A program made the position numbers and the translations under genes. From contig JADFYB010000001.1 in NCBI GenBank assembly GCA_015233245.1, positions 23,386 through 87,385 on the forward strand: a stretch of 64,000 nucleotides of DNA. The letters are read 5' to 3'. Below the pieces are notes generated by a model. It searched no databases. It worked only from the letters and a program-made list of their open reading frames with translations, and was not told the origin of the DNA. Positions 63,485-64,000 of the stretch are shown here, in pieces; position 1 is the stretch's first letter; each line of letters opens with the position of its first letter. This stretch comes from Nitrospirota bacterium (GTDB lineage Bacteria > Nitrospirota > Thermodesulfovibrionia > Thermodesulfovibrionales > Magnetobacteriaceae).

Positions 63485-64000
63485 TCACTCCTCTTCTGCT
63501 TTTTTCTTTACAGCGGTTGTCTTTTTCTTTGTTTTTTGCTTATTGGCGGCCACTTTTTTCTTATCAGTTTTTTGTCCGGTTTTTGCCGGCGATTTTTTCA
63601 CCTCAGTTTTTTTTTTACCGGCATCTGTGCCGCCTATTTTTTCAAGTAATTGTTTGGCCTGCTCAGCCTCCTTTGACTGGGGATGTTCCTCAATTAACTG
63701 ATGAAGAATAGTCTTAGCCGTTTTTGCGTCCTTAAGTTCGTTAAACGCCATTGCCTGTTTCAACTTTGCTGCGGGAACCTTAGTGCTGCTGGAGTATTTT
63801 TTTATCACCACATCAAACCCCAATATAGCATCCTCATAGTTTCCCTCTTTGAAATAGGAATCAGCTATCCAAAAGTGGCAATTTGGAACAAACGGGCTTG
63901 CCGGAAACTCCTTTATGACTTTGTTAAATTTCTCTCTTGCATCTTTTGGTTTACCGGAGAGGAGATCTTTATAAGCATCTTCATAGAGAGTCTTGGTATC
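63485..64000 (-). CDS. cpoB: Tol-Pal system protein CpoB/YbgF, C-terminal TPR part with a lysine-rich tail (gene runs off the right window edge)
   Basis: The frame is open from base 64000: DTKTLYEDAYKDLLSGKPKDAREKFNKVIKEFPASPFVPNCHFWIADSYFKEGNYEDAILGFDVVIKKYSSSTKVPAAKLKQAMAFNELKD...IEEHPQSKEAEQA. This is the YbgF pattern of three (F/YP.S....A.yw) units. The track ORF start at 63823 is an internal TTG. Confidence 0.7.
   Translation of the reverse strand, partial: DTKTLYEDAYKDLLSGKPKDAREKFNKVIKEFPASPFVPNCHFWIADSYFKEGNYEDAILGFDVVIKKYSSSTKVPAAKLKQAMAFNELKDAKTAKTILHQLIEEHPQSKEAEQAKQLLEKIGGTDAGKKKTEVKKSPAKTGQKTDKKKVAANKQKTKKKTTAVKKKAEEE

Noticed and set aside
63287-63711. The N-terminal extension of the PAS kinase ORF (to 63352), plus the plus-strand ORFs 63288..63701 and 63475..63711.
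   Set aside because: The extension and the first ORF overlap the tRNA-Leu gene. An internal ATG at 63286 with a good RBS starts the hydrophobic N-terminus of the kinase. The plus-strand ORFs are antisense to tRNA-Leu and to the cpoB lysine-rich tail (poly-F/S translation of an A-rich strand).

Overview
This 64-kb window looks like a chromosomal segment from a diderm bacterium, shown by KdsC, an LpxL-like acyltransferase, a BcsC outer-membrane barrel and Tol-Pal CpoB. It is probably an anaerobe, since it holds four radical SAM enzymes. My lineage guess is Nitrospirota or Thermodesulfobacteriota-like, which cannot be verified here. I support about 45 protein genes and two tRNAs: Ala-GGC at 11437..11512 and Leu-GAG at 63326..63407, both on the minus strand. 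I found no rRNA, CRISPR array, transposase or integrase.

Content, left to right:
- an hsp20-lon heat-shock pair (lon is cut by the window edge and absent from the ORF track)
- a PglB/STT3-type oligosaccharyltransferase coupled to another GT-C protein
- kup
- three tandem genes built from nine copies of a ~105-aa module, two of them fused to paralogous radical SAM domains
- a tight flippase / LpxL-like / B12-radical-SAM / polytopic-membrane operon
- two paralogous TMTC-like GT-C+TPR proteins
- an MBOAT (AlgI/WssH-like) pair lying tail-to-tail with a canonical bcsA-B-Z-C cellulose operon
- a signalling block: tail-anchored class III cyclase, hybrid and classical histidine kinases, an HD-GYP-PilZ fusion and MoxR-DUF58
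- an Arn-like polyprenyl-sugar cassette (GT2, epimerase/dehydratase, sugar dehydrogenase, GT-C)
- comM
- an AT-rich type IIS (AlwI/BstNBI-family) restriction-modification island with two methyltransferases, one fused to a full RadC/JAB protein
- a TPR protein and ispE
- an operon linking a pentameric ligand-gated-channel-like protein, a TIGR04222-like membrane protein with a Cys/Gly/Ser tail, a radical SAM/SPASM enzyme and a GT-C/TPR protein
- kdsC, a multi-PAS kinase and a partial cpoB with a lysine-rich tail

The best candidates for undescribed biology are, in order:
1. the repeat-module radical SAM trio (6580..11396)
2. the channel / Cys-tail / SPASM operon (55216..58269)
3. the RadC-methyltransferase fusion in the R-M island (46097..50503)

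All family calls rest on motifs I recognise by eye. No database search, HMM or composition calculation was run. Start codons are best guesses.
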